A stretch of DNA of 64,000 bases from an uncultured bacterium (GTDB lineage Bacteria; Pseudomonadota; Gammaproteobacteria; Burkholderiales; SG8-39): positions 2,964-66,963 of the forward strand of contig CBDDSB010000013.1 of NCBI GenBank assembly GCA_965233195.1, in the 5' to 3' direction. Of the stretch, positions 1 through 8,660 are shown piece by piece. The first letter of the stretch is position 1. The number at the start of each line of letters is the position of its first letter. The position numbers and the translations under genes are program-made. The notes under the pieces are model-generated. The model did not search any database and was not told the DNA's origin. It was given only the letters and a program-made list of their open reading frames with translations.

Positions 1-558
1 GTGCTGCGGCCCTCGCAGATGAAAGCGGCGGCAGAGCAGGCGAAGGCCGGCGCCGGTTCCCCGCTGAGTGGCGCGCAGGCGGCCGTCGCGCAGCGCGCAG
101 CCGCGGTGCAGCAGGTGGGGGCGACCGCCACGGCCGCCGGCATCGCCGACAAGGATACGGTCACCAAGCCCGTGACTCCTGCGCCGGCAGTTGCGCCCGC
201 GCCAGGCGGCGCGCCCGCTGCAGCGCCGGCGAAGGCTCCGGCCGCATCACCCGCCGCTGCCGCTTCCCCCGCGCCGGCGGGCAAGCCCGGCCAGCCGCTG
301 GGCGCGATCCAGCTGCTCTCGGGCGGCAATGCCGGCAAGGAGCTCGAGCTCACCAAGCCCCTGACCACGCTCGGCAAGCCCGGCGTGCAGGTTGCTGTTC
401 TCACCCGGCGCCCGGCCGGTTACTTCATCACCCACGTCGAGGGCGCCAACCGCCCGACGGTCAACGGCCAGGCGATCGGCGCCGCGCCGCATTCGCTCAA
501 GGACCACGACGTGATCGAGTTGGCCGGCGTCAAGATGGAGTTTTTTCTCAAGGCATAG
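1..558 (+). CDS. FHA domain-containing protein (C-terminal part; 5' end lies outside the window)
   Basis: The ORF is open from the window edge. An Ala/Pro-rich linker is followed by an FHA-like C-terminus ('LGKPGVQVAVLTRRPAGYFITHVEGANRPTVNGQAIG...HSLKDHDVIELAGVKMEFF'). Stop TAG 556-558 directly abuts the next start codon. Confidence 0.75.
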   Translation: MLRPSQMKAAAEQAKAGAGSPLSGAQAAVAQRAAAVQQVGATATAAGIADKDTVTKPVTPAPAVAPAPGGAPAAAPAKAPAASPAAAASPAPAGKPGQPLGAIQLLSGGNAGKELELTKPLTTLGKPGVQVAVLTRRPAGYFITHVEGANRPTVNGQAIGAAPHSLKDHDVIELAGVKMEFFLKA

Positions 559-2742
559 TTGAGGGTCGCGCTCGGCCTCGCGATCACGCTGTTCTTCGTA
601 GCCCACGCCGCGGAGTGGTTTCCCACCGCCGACGGCAAGCTGCGCCTGGTTTCCCAGCTCGACCACATCATCTACGACACGCGCCTGCGCATGTCGATGC
701 CGCGCAGCGTAGACCACCGCTTCGTGATCCTGGACATCGACGAGAAGAGCCTGGGCGAGCTCGGCCGCTGGCCGTGGAACCGGCGCTTGATGGCCGAGCT
801 GGTCGACAAGCTGTTCGAGCGCTATGGCGTGGCGGTGCTCGGCTTCGACGTAGTGTGGGCCGAGCGCGATCCAAGCTCGGGGATCGAGGTTCTGGACCGG
901 GTCGCTCGGGACGTTCCTGCATTTCAATCCGCGTACGCAAAACTGCGGCCGGGTCTGGACTTCGATGCCCGCTTCGCCGCGAGCATGAGGGACCGGCCGG
1001 TGGTGCTCGGCTATTACTTCAACTTCGAGGAGCGCGCGGTCAAGGCCAACGCGCTTCCCCGCCCGGTGCTGCCGAAGGGCAGTTTCGACGGCCGGCGCGT
1101 GTTCTTCCCGCAGACCTTCGGCTATACCGGCAATCTGCCGCTGTTTCTCGAAAGCGCGACCGTCGCCGGGCACATCAATCCGCGCGTGGACTTCGACGGC
1201 GTATTGCGCCGCGTACCGCTGGTCGTCGAGTACGGCGGCCAGTACTACGAAGCATTCTCGCTTGCCTTGGTGCGCGCGCTGCTCGCGCTCCAGACCGGCG
1301 CGGCGTTGCCGCCGGTCGAGCCCGGCTTTCCGCCCGACGACCCGAACCTGGAGTGGCTCAAGGTCGGCGGGCTGCAGATTCCGGTCGACGCCGAAGCCGG
1401 CGCGCTGGTGCCCTACCGGGCGCGCGGCGCCTTCCGCTACATCTCGCTGGCGGATGTCGCGGCCGACCGCGTCGCGCCGGACGCGCTGAAGGGGAAGGTC
1501 GCGATCATCGGCACCACGGCGCCCACGCTGCAGGACATGCGCGCGACCCCGATCGCCGACGTCTATCCGGGCGTGGAGGTCCACGCCAACATGATCGCGG
1601 GCATCATCGACGGCGAGGTGAAGCAGCGGCCGCTGTACGTGGTCGGCGCCGAGGTGGTGCTGCTGCTGATCGGCGGCATCGCGTTCGCGATCCTCATTCC
1701 GCGCCTGTCGGCGTTGTGGGCGACGCTCGTCACGCTGCTCGGCATCGTAGCGATCGCCGCGTTCAATTTCATGGTGTGGCAGGGCGGGCTGGTGCTGCCG
1801 CTCGCGGCCTCGCTGCTCATCGCCGCGGCGATCTACGTCCTCAACATGGCCTACGGCTACTTCGTCGAGTCGCGCTCCAAGCGGCGGCTCGCCGGTCGCT
1901 TTCGCGAGTACGTGCCGCCGGAAGTGGTCGAGCGCATGGAGCTCGATCCGGACAAGTACGACAAACCGAAGAGCGCGGAGCTGACCATCCTGTTCGCGGA
2001 CATCCGCGGTTTCACCAGCATCTCCGAGGCGCTCACGCCCGATGCGCTGCGCGACTACATCAACGAGTACCTGACCGAGATGAGCAGCATCATCCGCGAC
2101 CGTCACCGCGGCACGCTGGACAAGTACATCGGCGACGCGATCATGGCGTTCTGGGGCGCGCCGGTGGAGGACCCGCAGCACGCGCGCAACGCGTTGCTGG
2201 CGGCGCTGGCGATGCAGCGCCAGTGTGCGCCGCTCAACGCGCGCTTCGCCGCGCGCGGCTGGCCGGCGCTGAAGATCGGCATTGGCGTGAATTCCGGCAC
2301 AGTCCGCGTCGGCGACATGGGCTCGCAAGTGCGGCGTGCCTATACGGCGATGGGCGATGCCGTGAACGTCGCCTCGCGCCTGGAGGGGCGGACAAAAGCC
2401 TACGGCGTGGGAATCCTGGTCGGGGAGGCCACGCGCAGCCGGGTCCAAGATGTGGTATTCAGGGAAATCGACCGGGTCAAGGTCAAAGGAAAAGACGAGG
2501 CCATCACCATCTACGAGCCTCTGGAACCGGAAACAGGGGATGCGGAGCTGCGGGAATGGCAAGCCGCCCTGCATGCCTATCGCGCGCGCGACTGGGAGGC
2601 CGCAAACATGAGCCTCGGGCGCCTGCTCGCCGTGAACCCGGCCTGTGGCCTGTACGGCGTCTATCTCCAGAAAATCGATGAAAAGCGTCGCAACCCGCCG
2701 CCGTCCGACTGGGATGGCGTCACCGTGTTCGACGAAAAATAG
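559..2742 (+). CDS. CHASE2-type sensor adenylate/guanylate cyclase (class III)
   Basis: 727-aa ORF starting at TTG 559. It has a long N-terminal extracytoplasmic-type region, then a TM-rich block ('VVGAEVVLLLIGGIAFAILIPRLSALWATLVTLLGIVAIAAF...'). The C-terminus carries class III cyclase motifs ('LTILFADIRGFTSISE', 'GDAIMAFWGAP', 'IGVNSGTVRVGDMGS', 'YTAMGDAVNVASRLEG'). Confidence 0.9.
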   Translation: MRVALGLAITLFFVAHAAEWFPTADGKLRLVSQLDHIIYDTRLRMSMPRSVDHRFVILDIDEKSLGELGRWPWNRRLMAELVDKLFERYGVAVLGFDVVWAERDPSSGIEVLDRVARDVPAFQSAYAKLRPGLDFDARFAASMRDRPVVLGYYFNFEERAVKANALPRPVLPKGSFDGRRVFFPQTFGYTGNLPLFLESATVAGHINPRVDFDGVLRRVPLVVEYGGQYYEAFSLALVRALLALQTGAALPPVEPGFPPDDPNLEWLKVGGLQIPVDAEAGALVPYRARGAFRYISLADVAADRVAPDALKGKVAIIGTTAPTLQDMRATPIADVYPGVEVHANMIAGIIDGEVKQRPLYVVGAEVVLLLIGGIAFAILIPRLSALWATLVTLLGIVAIAAFNFMVWQGGLVLPLAASLLIAAAIYVLNMAYGYFVESRSKRRLAGRFREYVPPEVVERMELDPDKYDKPKSAELTILFADIRGFTSISEALTPDALRDYINEYLTEMSSIIRDRHRGTLDKYIGDAIMAFWGAPVEDPQHARNALLAALAMQRQCAPLNARFAARGWPALKIGIGVNSGTVRVGDMGSQVRRAYTAMGDAVNVASRLEGRTKAYGVGILVGEATRSRVQDVVFREIDRVKVKGKDEAITIYEPLEPETGDAELREWQAALHAYRARDWEAANMSLGRLLAVNPACGLYGVYLQKIDEKRRNPPPSDWDGVTVFDEK

Positions 2743-2758
2743 GAGAACGCCACCCGCC

Positions 2759-3526
2759 ATGCGTTTGCGCGTGCTCGGATGCTCGGGCGGGATCGGCGGG
2801 CGGCACCTGCGCACCACCTCGTTCCTTCTCGACAGCGACATCCTGATCGACGCCGGCACCGGGGTCGGCGACCTGACGCTGGCCGAGCTGTCGCAGATCG
2901 ATCACATTTTCGTCACGCATTCGCATCTGGACCACGTCACCTCGATCCCCTTCCTCGTCGATACCGTCGGCGGCATGCGCACCAAGCCGCTCACCGTGTA
3001 CACGACGCGCGCCACCATCGAGATCCTGAAGAACCATCTCTTCAACTGGGCGATCTGGCCGGACTTCACCGAGATCCCGACCCCCGAGGCCCCGTTCCTG
3101 CGCTACCAGGAGATCGAGCTCGGACAGACCACCGCGCTGGGCGCGCGCAAGATCACGGCGATTCCGGCGCGGCACACCGTCCCGGCGGTCGGCTACCACC
3201 TCGACAGCGGTGCCGCGAGCCTGGTGTTCACCGGCGATACCGGCCCGAACGACGCCTTGTGGCGGGTGGTCAACCGCATCGCCAACCTCAAGTTCCTCAT
3301 CATCGAGACCGCTTTTTCCAACAAGGAGCGCCAGCTGGCCGAGATCTCGCGCCACCTGTGCCCGCAAACCCTGGCCGACGAGCTCGCCAAGCTCGAGCGC
3401 AACGCCGAGATCTACATCACGCACCTCAAGCCCGGCGAGATCGAGCCCACCATGCTCGAGATCGAGGAGTGCGCGGGCAGCTTTCGGCCGCGCATGCTGC
3501 AAAACAACCTTGTCCTGGAATTCTGA
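2759..3526 (+). CDS. class II 3',5'-cyclic-nucleotide phosphodiesterase (metallo-beta-lactamase fold)
   Basis: ATG 2759 is preceded by AGGAGAA. Motifs 'MRLRVLGCSGGIGG' and 'HIFVTHSHLDHVTSIPFLVD' (HxHLDH) are typical of class II PDEs. The upstream part of the listed ORF (2645..) overlaps the cyclase gene and was not used. Confidence 0.8.
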   Translation: MRLRVLGCSGGIGGRHLRTTSFLLDSDILIDAGTGVGDLTLAELSQIDHIFVTHSHLDHVTSIPFLVDTVGGMRTKPLTVYTTRATIEILKNHLFNWAIWPDFTEIPTPEAPFLRYQEIELGQTTALGARKITAIPARHTVPAVGYHLDSGAASLVFTGDTGPNDALWRVVNRIANLKFLIIETAFSNKERQLAEISRHLCPQTLADELAKLERNAEIYITHLKPGEIEPTMLEIEECAGSFRPRMLQNNLVLEF

Positions 3527-4575
3527 AAACCACTCCGACCCAGCTCGCCGCGCTCGCGCCCCTGGCCGGGCTGTCGGCCGAGCGCCTGGCGGAGCTGTCT
3601 GAAGTCTCGCAGACCGAGCGCGCGCCGCGCGGCAGTGACCCGCTCGCCGGGCGCCTGCAGGGCGGACACTCGGTCTTCCTCCTCGCCGGCGAGGTGCTGC
3701 TGAGCCTGCAGGGCGGCGGCACGCTGGTGGTGGTGGGCGGCAGCGAAGAGACGCGGCAGGCGCTCAACCGGCGCAAGGAAAAGCTGGCGCGCGCCAAGGC
3801 GATCACCGATGTCGAGCTGCTGGTCATCGACGACGATCTGCTCGACATCCTCGCCACCTGGGACCAGGTGGCAGCGTCCGATCCGGAAGGAACGATCGCG
3901 CGGCTGCGCAGCGATCCGCGCTCGAGCGGCCCGTTCTCGCTCGGCAGCCTGCGCGCCGGCATCTTCGCGCAGCTCCCCGCGGCCCGCATCGACGACCTGC
4001 TGCGGCGCTTCGAGCGTGTAAAAGTGGCGCGCGGTGAAACCGTCATCCGCGAAGGCGACGAAGGCGACTTCTATTACCTGATCGAGTCCGGGCGCTTCCA
4101 GGTCGGGCGCATGGTGGGCGGCGCGGAAGTGGTGCTCGCCGAGCTCAAGAGCGGCGATGCCTTCGGCGAGGAAGCGCTGGTGTCGGAAGCAAAGCGCAAC
4201 GCGAGTGTCACCGCGCTGGTCGGGGGCTACCTGCTGCGCCTCAATCGAAGCAACTTCAACGAGATGCTGCGCGAGCCGCTGTTGCGGCGCCTGGGCTATG
4301 GCGACGCCGCCGAGCAGGTGCGCCGCGGCGCGCTGTGGCTGGATGTGCGGTATCCCTCGGAGTACCAGTACGACAAGCTGCCCGGCGCCATCAACGTGCC
4401 CCTGGCCGAAGTGAGGAACATGTTCGCAGTGCTCGATCGTAGTAAGGATTACATTGCCTACTGCCAGAGCGGCCGGCGCAGCGCCGCGGCGGCGTTTCTA
4501 TTCGCCCAGCGCGGCTTCAAAGTGTGGTTGCTCGAGGGTGGGTTAAAAGCTGTCGAGAGACCGGAAATTCGTTGA
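3523..4575 (+). CDS. cyclic-nucleotide-binding domain / rhodanese domain fusion protein (start codon uncertain)
   Basis: cNMP-binding signature 'GDAFGEEALVSEAKRNASVTAL'. C-terminal rhodanese active-site loop 'YCQSGRRSAAAAF'. The only in-frame canonical starts nearby are GTG 3469 (58-nt overlap with the PDE gene) and GTG 3694 (would delete about 57 N-terminal residues). CTG 3523 overlaps the PDE stop codon (CTGA). Confidence 0.72.
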   Translation: MKTTPTQLAALAPLAGLSAERLAELSEVSQTERAPRGSDPLAGRLQGGHSVFLLAGEVLLSLQGGGTLVVVGGSEETRQALNRRKEKLARAKAITDVELLVIDDDLLDILATWDQVAASDPEGTIARLRSDPRSSGPFSLGSLRAGIFAQLPAARIDDLLRRFERVKVARGETVIREGDEGDFYYLIESGRFQVGRMVGGAEVVLAELKSGDAFGEEALVSEAKRNASVTALVGGYLLRLNRSNFNEMLREPLLRRLGYGDAAEQVRRGALWLDVRYPSEYQYDKLPGAINVPLAEVRNMFAVLDRSKDYIAYCQSGRRSAAAAFLFAQRGFKVWLLEGGLKAVERPEIR

Positions 4576-4600
4576 AAATCAGGGTGCCTAGGCTTAACAT
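4572..4600 (+). promoter_or_regulatory. candidate sigma70-type promoter (TTGAAA-N17-TAACAT) upstream of the GAF-ATPase gene
   Basis: TTGAAA 4572-4577, a 17-nt spacer, then TAACAT 4595-4600. It lies in the only AT-richer gap of this region. A GGGAGGGGTAGGAG ribosome-binding stretch precedes ATG 4643. Confidence 0.35.
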
Positions 4601-4642
4601 GTCAAGTCTAGTCACAAGCAGTAAAGCAGGGAGGGGTAGGAG

Positions 4643-7021
4643 ATGAGTGCTGTCCTGAGCCAGCAGTCGCCGGCGCAGACCGATGTCGGCGCGCGCCTCG
4701 CGTTCCAGAAGCAGCTGCAGGCCGTCACCAACAAGATTCACGCCACCAACAACATCGACGAAATCATGTTGGAGGTGAGCGCGGATGTCTGCGCGCTGTT
4801 CAATGCCGACCGGCTGACGATCTACTCCATGGGCGAGGACAAGCAGTCCATCGTCTCGAAGGTCAAGACCGGCCTCAATTCCTTCAAGGACCTCAAGCTG
4901 CCGATCGCCGAGCATTCGATCGCCGGCTACGTCGCGCTCGCCAAGAAGACCGCCAACATCAAGGATGTCTACGACGAGAACGAGCTGCGCGCGCTGAACG
5001 GCAACCTGCGCTTCCTGCAGGAGGTCGACAAGCGCACCGGCTATCGCACCAAGCAGATGCTGGTGGCGCCGATCCTGGAAGCCGGCTCCAACGAGCTGAT
5101 CGGCGTGATCCAGATCATCAACAACAAGGCCGGTATCCCGTTCGGCGCGCTCGCCGAAGAAGGCGTGGGGGAGCTGTCGCAGACCCTCGCCATCGCCTTC
5201 AAGCAGCGCCAGAAACCGCAGGTCGCGAAGACCAAGTACGACTACCTGATCGCCGACGCGGTGCTGTCCGCCGGCGAGTTCGAGCTCGCCGCGCGCCAGG
5301 CGCGCAAGAAGGCGATCGACATCGAGCAGGTGCTGATCGACGAGTTCCAGGTCAAGATCCCGGCGATCGGCGCCGCGCTCTCCAAGTTCTTCGGCGTGGC
5401 GTACGAGGCGTTCAAGAGCGACCGCATCAAGCCGGCGGAGCTGCTGAAGAACCTGAAGCGCGAGTACGTCGAGTCCAACCAGTGGATTCCAATCGACGAG
5501 GGCAAGGATGGCCTGGTCGTGCTCTGCCTGGACCCCGAGCGCATCCGCTCCTCGCGCATCGCCTCGAACGTGTTCCCGAAGGCCCGCATCCTCTACAAGG
5601 TCGCGACACAGAAGGACTTCAAGGAGACGGTCAACCAGTTCTACGGAGCGGAGACCGGTCCGGCGGGCGGCGATCTGGGCAACGTCGAGGACCTGCTCGG
5701 CGCGATGGGCGACGATGCGGGGGAAGTGCTCGAGAGCTCGACCGACGAGGTCTCGGCGGCCGCGGACAACGAGCTGGTGAAGCTGGTGAACAAGGTCATC
5801 GTCGACGCCTACAACCAGGGCGCCTCGGACATCCACATCGAGCCCTATCCCGGCAAGGCGAAGACCGAGATCCGCTTCCGCAAGGACGGCTCGCTCGGGC
5901 CCTACATCGAGATCCCGGCGAGCTATCGCGCGGCGATCGTCGCGCGCCTGAAGATCATGTGCGACCTGGACATCTCGGAAAAGAGAAAGCCCCAGGACGG
6001 CAAGATCAAGTTCAAGAAATTCGGCCCGCTTGACATCGAGCTGCGGGTCGCGACCATCCCGACCGCGGGCGGCGTCGAGGACATCGTGATGCGGATTCTC
6101 GCCGCCGGCGAGCCGATCCCGCTGGAGAAGATGGGCTTCACCGACAAGAACCTGGAGCAGGTGAAGACCACGGTATCCAAGCCCTACGGCCTGTTCTTCG
6201 TGTGCGGTCCGACCGGCTCGGGCAAGACCACCACCTTGCATTCCGTGCTCAAGTTTCTGAACACGCCGGACACCAAGATCTGGACCGCCGAGGACCCGGT
6301 CGAGATCACGCAGAAGGGCTTGCGCCAGGTGCAGGTGAACAAGAAGGCGGGCCTCGACTTCGCGGTCATCATGAAGGCGTTTCTGCGCGCCGACCCGGAC
6401 ATCATCATGGTCGGCGAGATGCGCGACAAGGAGACCACCGGCACCGGCATCGAGGCCTCGCTCACCGGTCACCTGGTGTTCGCCACCCTGCACACCAACT
6501 CGGCGCCGGAATCCATCACGCGCCTGCTCGACATGGGGATGGACCCGTTCAACTTCTCCGACGCGCTGCTCGGCATCCTGGCGCAGCGCCTGGCGAAGCG
6601 CATGTGCAGCTGCAAGCAGCCCTACACGCCGGACGGCGCCGAGCTCACCGCCTTTTTGCGCGAGTACTGCGACGAGCTGATGGCCACCTCGCGCTTCAAG
6701 GCCGACCCCAAGGGCGCCATGGAGGCGGTCTACAAGGACTGGATCAGGGCCTACGGCAACGACAAGGGCCAGCTCACCTTCTACAAAACCGTGGGCTGCG
6801 ACAAGTGCGGCGGCTCGGGCTTCAAGGGGCGCTGCGGCCTGCACGAGCTGCTGATCGCCAGCGACCGGCTGAAGAAGGCGATCCAGGAGCACGCGCGTGT
6901 GGCTGACTTGCTCGCCATCTGCCTGGAGGAGGGCATGCGCACCCTCAAGCAGGACGGCATGGAGAAATGCCTGATGGGGGTGACCCACATGAAAGAAGTG
7001 CGCGCCGTTTGTGTCAAGTAG
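4643..7021 (+). CDS. GspE/PilB-family secretion ATPase with N-terminal GAF domain
   Basis: 792 aa. N-terminal GAF-like region ('DRLTIYSMGEDKQSIV...DKRTGYRTKQMLVAPI...LIGVIQIINN'). Then a GspE-N-like domain. Walker A 'GPTGSGKTTTLHS' and Walker B region 'DPDIIMVGEMRDKETT' follow. The C-terminus has a tetracysteine motif ('CSCKQ...CDKCGGSGFKGRCGLHELL'). Confidence 0.9.
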   Translation: MSAVLSQQSPAQTDVGARLAFQKQLQAVTNKIHATNNIDEIMLEVSADVCALFNADRLTIYSMGEDKQSIVSKVKTGLNSFKDLKLPIAEHSIAGYVALAKKTANIKDVYDENELRALNGNLRFLQEVDKRTGYRTKQMLVAPILEAGSNELIGVIQIINNKAGIPFGALAEEGVGELSQTLAIAFKQRQKPQVAKTKYDYLIADAVLSAGEFELAARQARKKAIDIEQVLIDEFQVKIPAIGAALSKFFGVAYEAFKSDRIKPAELLKNLKREYVESNQWIPIDEGKDGLVVLCLDPERIRSSRIASNVFPKARILYKVATQKDFKETVNQFYGAETGPAGGDLGNVEDLLGAMGDDAGEVLESSTDEVSAAADNELVKLVNKVIVDAYNQGASDIHIEPYPGKAKTEIRFRKDGSLGPYIEIPASYRAAIVARLKIMCDLDISEKRKPQDGKIKFKKFGPLDIELRVATIPTAGGVEDIVMRILAAGEPIPLEKMGFTDKNLEQVKTTVSKPYGLFFVCGPTGSGKTTTLHSVLKFLNTPDTKIWTAEDPVEITQKGLRQVQVNKKAGLDFAVIMKAFLRADPDIIMVGEMRDKETTGTGIEASLTGHLVFATLHTNSAPESITRLLDMGMDPFNFSDALLGILAQRLAKRMCSCKQPYTPDGAELTAFLREYCDELMATSRFKADPKGAMEAVYKDWIRAYGNDKGQLTFYKTVGCDKCGGSGFKGRCGLHELLIASDRLKKAIQEHARVADLLAICLEEGMRTLKQDGMEKCLMGVTHMKEVRAVCVK

Positions 7022-8660
7022 CACCGCTGGCGTGAACCTTTACGACACGAGCGCCGGGCACCTGCGGCTCGGCGCGCTCGCGGCCCCGGAGGACCTGGGG
7101 CAGCGGCTGGAGGAGCTGAACGCGATCGGCGCCTCGCTCTCCGCCGAGCGCGACATCAACCGCCTGCTGGAATCGATCCTCGCCGCGGCCAAGACCATCA
7201 CCGGCGCGGACGGCGGCACCCTGTATCGCCTGGCCGACGACAAGACGCTGCGCTTCGAGATCGTGCGCACCACCTCGCTCAAGTATTACCTCGGCGGCAC
7301 CAGCGGCAATCCGGTGCCGTTCTATCCGATCCAGCTCTACAAGGACGGCAGGCCCAACCACAGCATGGTCGCGGCCCACGCCGCCCTCACCGGCAAGACG
7401 GTGAACATCGCCGACGCCTACACCGCCGACGGCTTCGACTTCTCCGGCACGCGCGCTTTCGACTCGAAGACCGGCTACCGCTCCAAGTCGTTCCTCACCG
7501 TGCCGATGCGCAACCACGAGCACGAGGCGATCGGCGTGCTGCAGCTGATCAACGCGCGCGACCCGAAGACGGGCGAGATCGCCGCCTTCTCGGATTCCGA
7601 CCAGCGCCTGGCCGAGTCGCTCGCCTCGCAGGCGGCGATCGCGCTCACCAATCGCATGCTGATCAACCAGCTCGAGCAGCTGTTCGAGTCGTTCATCAAC
7701 CTGATCAACTCCGCGATCGACGAAAAATCGCCTTACACCGGCGGCCACTGCCAGCGCGTGCCGCAGCTCACCATGATGCTGGCGGAGGCGGTGAACGACA
7801 CGCGCGAGGGTCCGCTCGCCGACTTCCACATGAGCGAGAAGGACCGCTACGAGCTGAAGATCGCCGGCCTGCTGCACGACTGCGGCAAGGTCACCACCCC
7901 GGTGCACGTCGTGGACAAGGCCACCAAGCTCGAGACCATCTACGACCGCATCCACCTCATCGACACGCGCTTCGAAATCTTGAAGCGGGATCTGGAAATC
8001 CGCTCCCTGAAGAATGAAATTCCGGAACGGGAGCTGCGCATTCGATTACGCGAGCTGGACGACGACCGCCGCTTCCTCCATGCCTGCAACATCGGCAGCG
8101 AGCGCATGCGCGACGAGGACATGGCGCGCGTGAGACGCATTGCCGCCTACCGCTGGCGCGACATGGCCGGGCACGAAGTCAGCTTCCTGAGCGACGACGA
8201 GGTGACCAACCTCACGATCCGCGCCGGTACCCTCACCGACGAGGAGCGCAAGGTGATCAACCACCACATCGTCGCCACCATCAAGATGCTCGAGGCGCTG
8301 CCGTGGCCCAAGCACCTGACCAAGGTGCCGGAGTACGCCGGCGGCCACCACGAGCGCATGGACGGCAAGGGCTACCCGAAGGGCCTGAAACGCGAACAGA
8401 TGTCGGTGCAGGCGCGCTGCATGGGCATCGCCGACATCTTCGAGGCGCTCACCGCCAAGGACCGGCCCTACAAGAAGGGCAAGACCCTGTCCGAATCGCT
8501 CGAGATCCTCGGCCGCATGCGCCTGAACAACCACGTCGATCCGGACCTCTTCGACATCTTCGTGCGCCGCAAGGTGTACCGGCGCTATGCCGAGATGTTC
8601 CTCGATCCGGAGCAGATCGATGACGTCGACGAGGCGCGCATTCCCGGCTATCAGCCCTAA
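7011..8660 (+). CDS. GAF domain-containing HD-GYP phosphodiesterase (c-di-GMP-type)
   Basis: GTG 7011 overlaps the upstream stop by 11 nt. N-terminal GAF ('DSKTGYRSKSFLTVPM...AIGVLQLINA'). HD-GYP core ('LLHDCGKV', 'GGHHERMDGKGYPKGL'). Confidence 0.9.
   Translation: MSSSTAGVNLYDTSAGHLRLGALAAPEDLGQRLEELNAIGASLSAERDINRLLESILAAAKTITGADGGTLYRLADDKTLRFEIVRTTSLKYYLGGTSGNPVPFYPIQLYKDGRPNHSMVAAHAALTGKTVNIADAYTADGFDFSGTRAFDSKTGYRSKSFLTVPMRNHEHEAIGVLQLINARDPKTGEIAAFSDSDQRLAESLASQAAIALTNRMLINQLEQLFESFINLINSAIDEKSPYTGGHCQRVPQLTMMLAEAVNDTREGPLADFHMSEKDRYELKIAGLLHDCGKVTTPVHVVDKATKLETIYDRIHLIDTRFEILKRDLEIRSLKNEIPERELRIRLRELDDDRRFLHACNIGSERMRDEDMARVRRIAAYRWRDMAGHEVSFLSDDEVTNLTIRAGTLTDEERKVINHHIVATIKMLEALPWPKHLTKVPEYAGGHHERMDGKGYPKGLKREQMSVQARCMGIADIFEALTAKDRPYKKGKTLSESLEILGRMRLNNHVDPDLFDIFVRRKVYRRYAEMFLDPEQIDDVDEARIPGYQP

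Noticed and set aside
247-2859. Very long ORFs antisense to, or out of frame with, clear genes. Examples: 247-2859 (-), 4517-7024 (-), 20719-22647 (-), 27109-29229 (+), 46666-48750 (-), 57669-59027 (+), 37424-39781 (-) upstream of moaC, and 2779-3522 (+).
   Set aside because: They are typical shadow ORFs of high-GC DNA. They are Arg/Ala/Gly/His-rich and have no recognisable motifs. Each overlaps a gene with strong family signatures on the other strand or frame.
8587-8619. ATG 8587 as the start of the first GT41 gene (the longest ORF).
   Set aside because: It would give a 74-nt overlap with the HD-GYP gene and an Arg/Ser-rich out-of-frame-looking N-terminus ('MPRCSSIRSRS'). ATG 8620 is preferred, though this is unproven.
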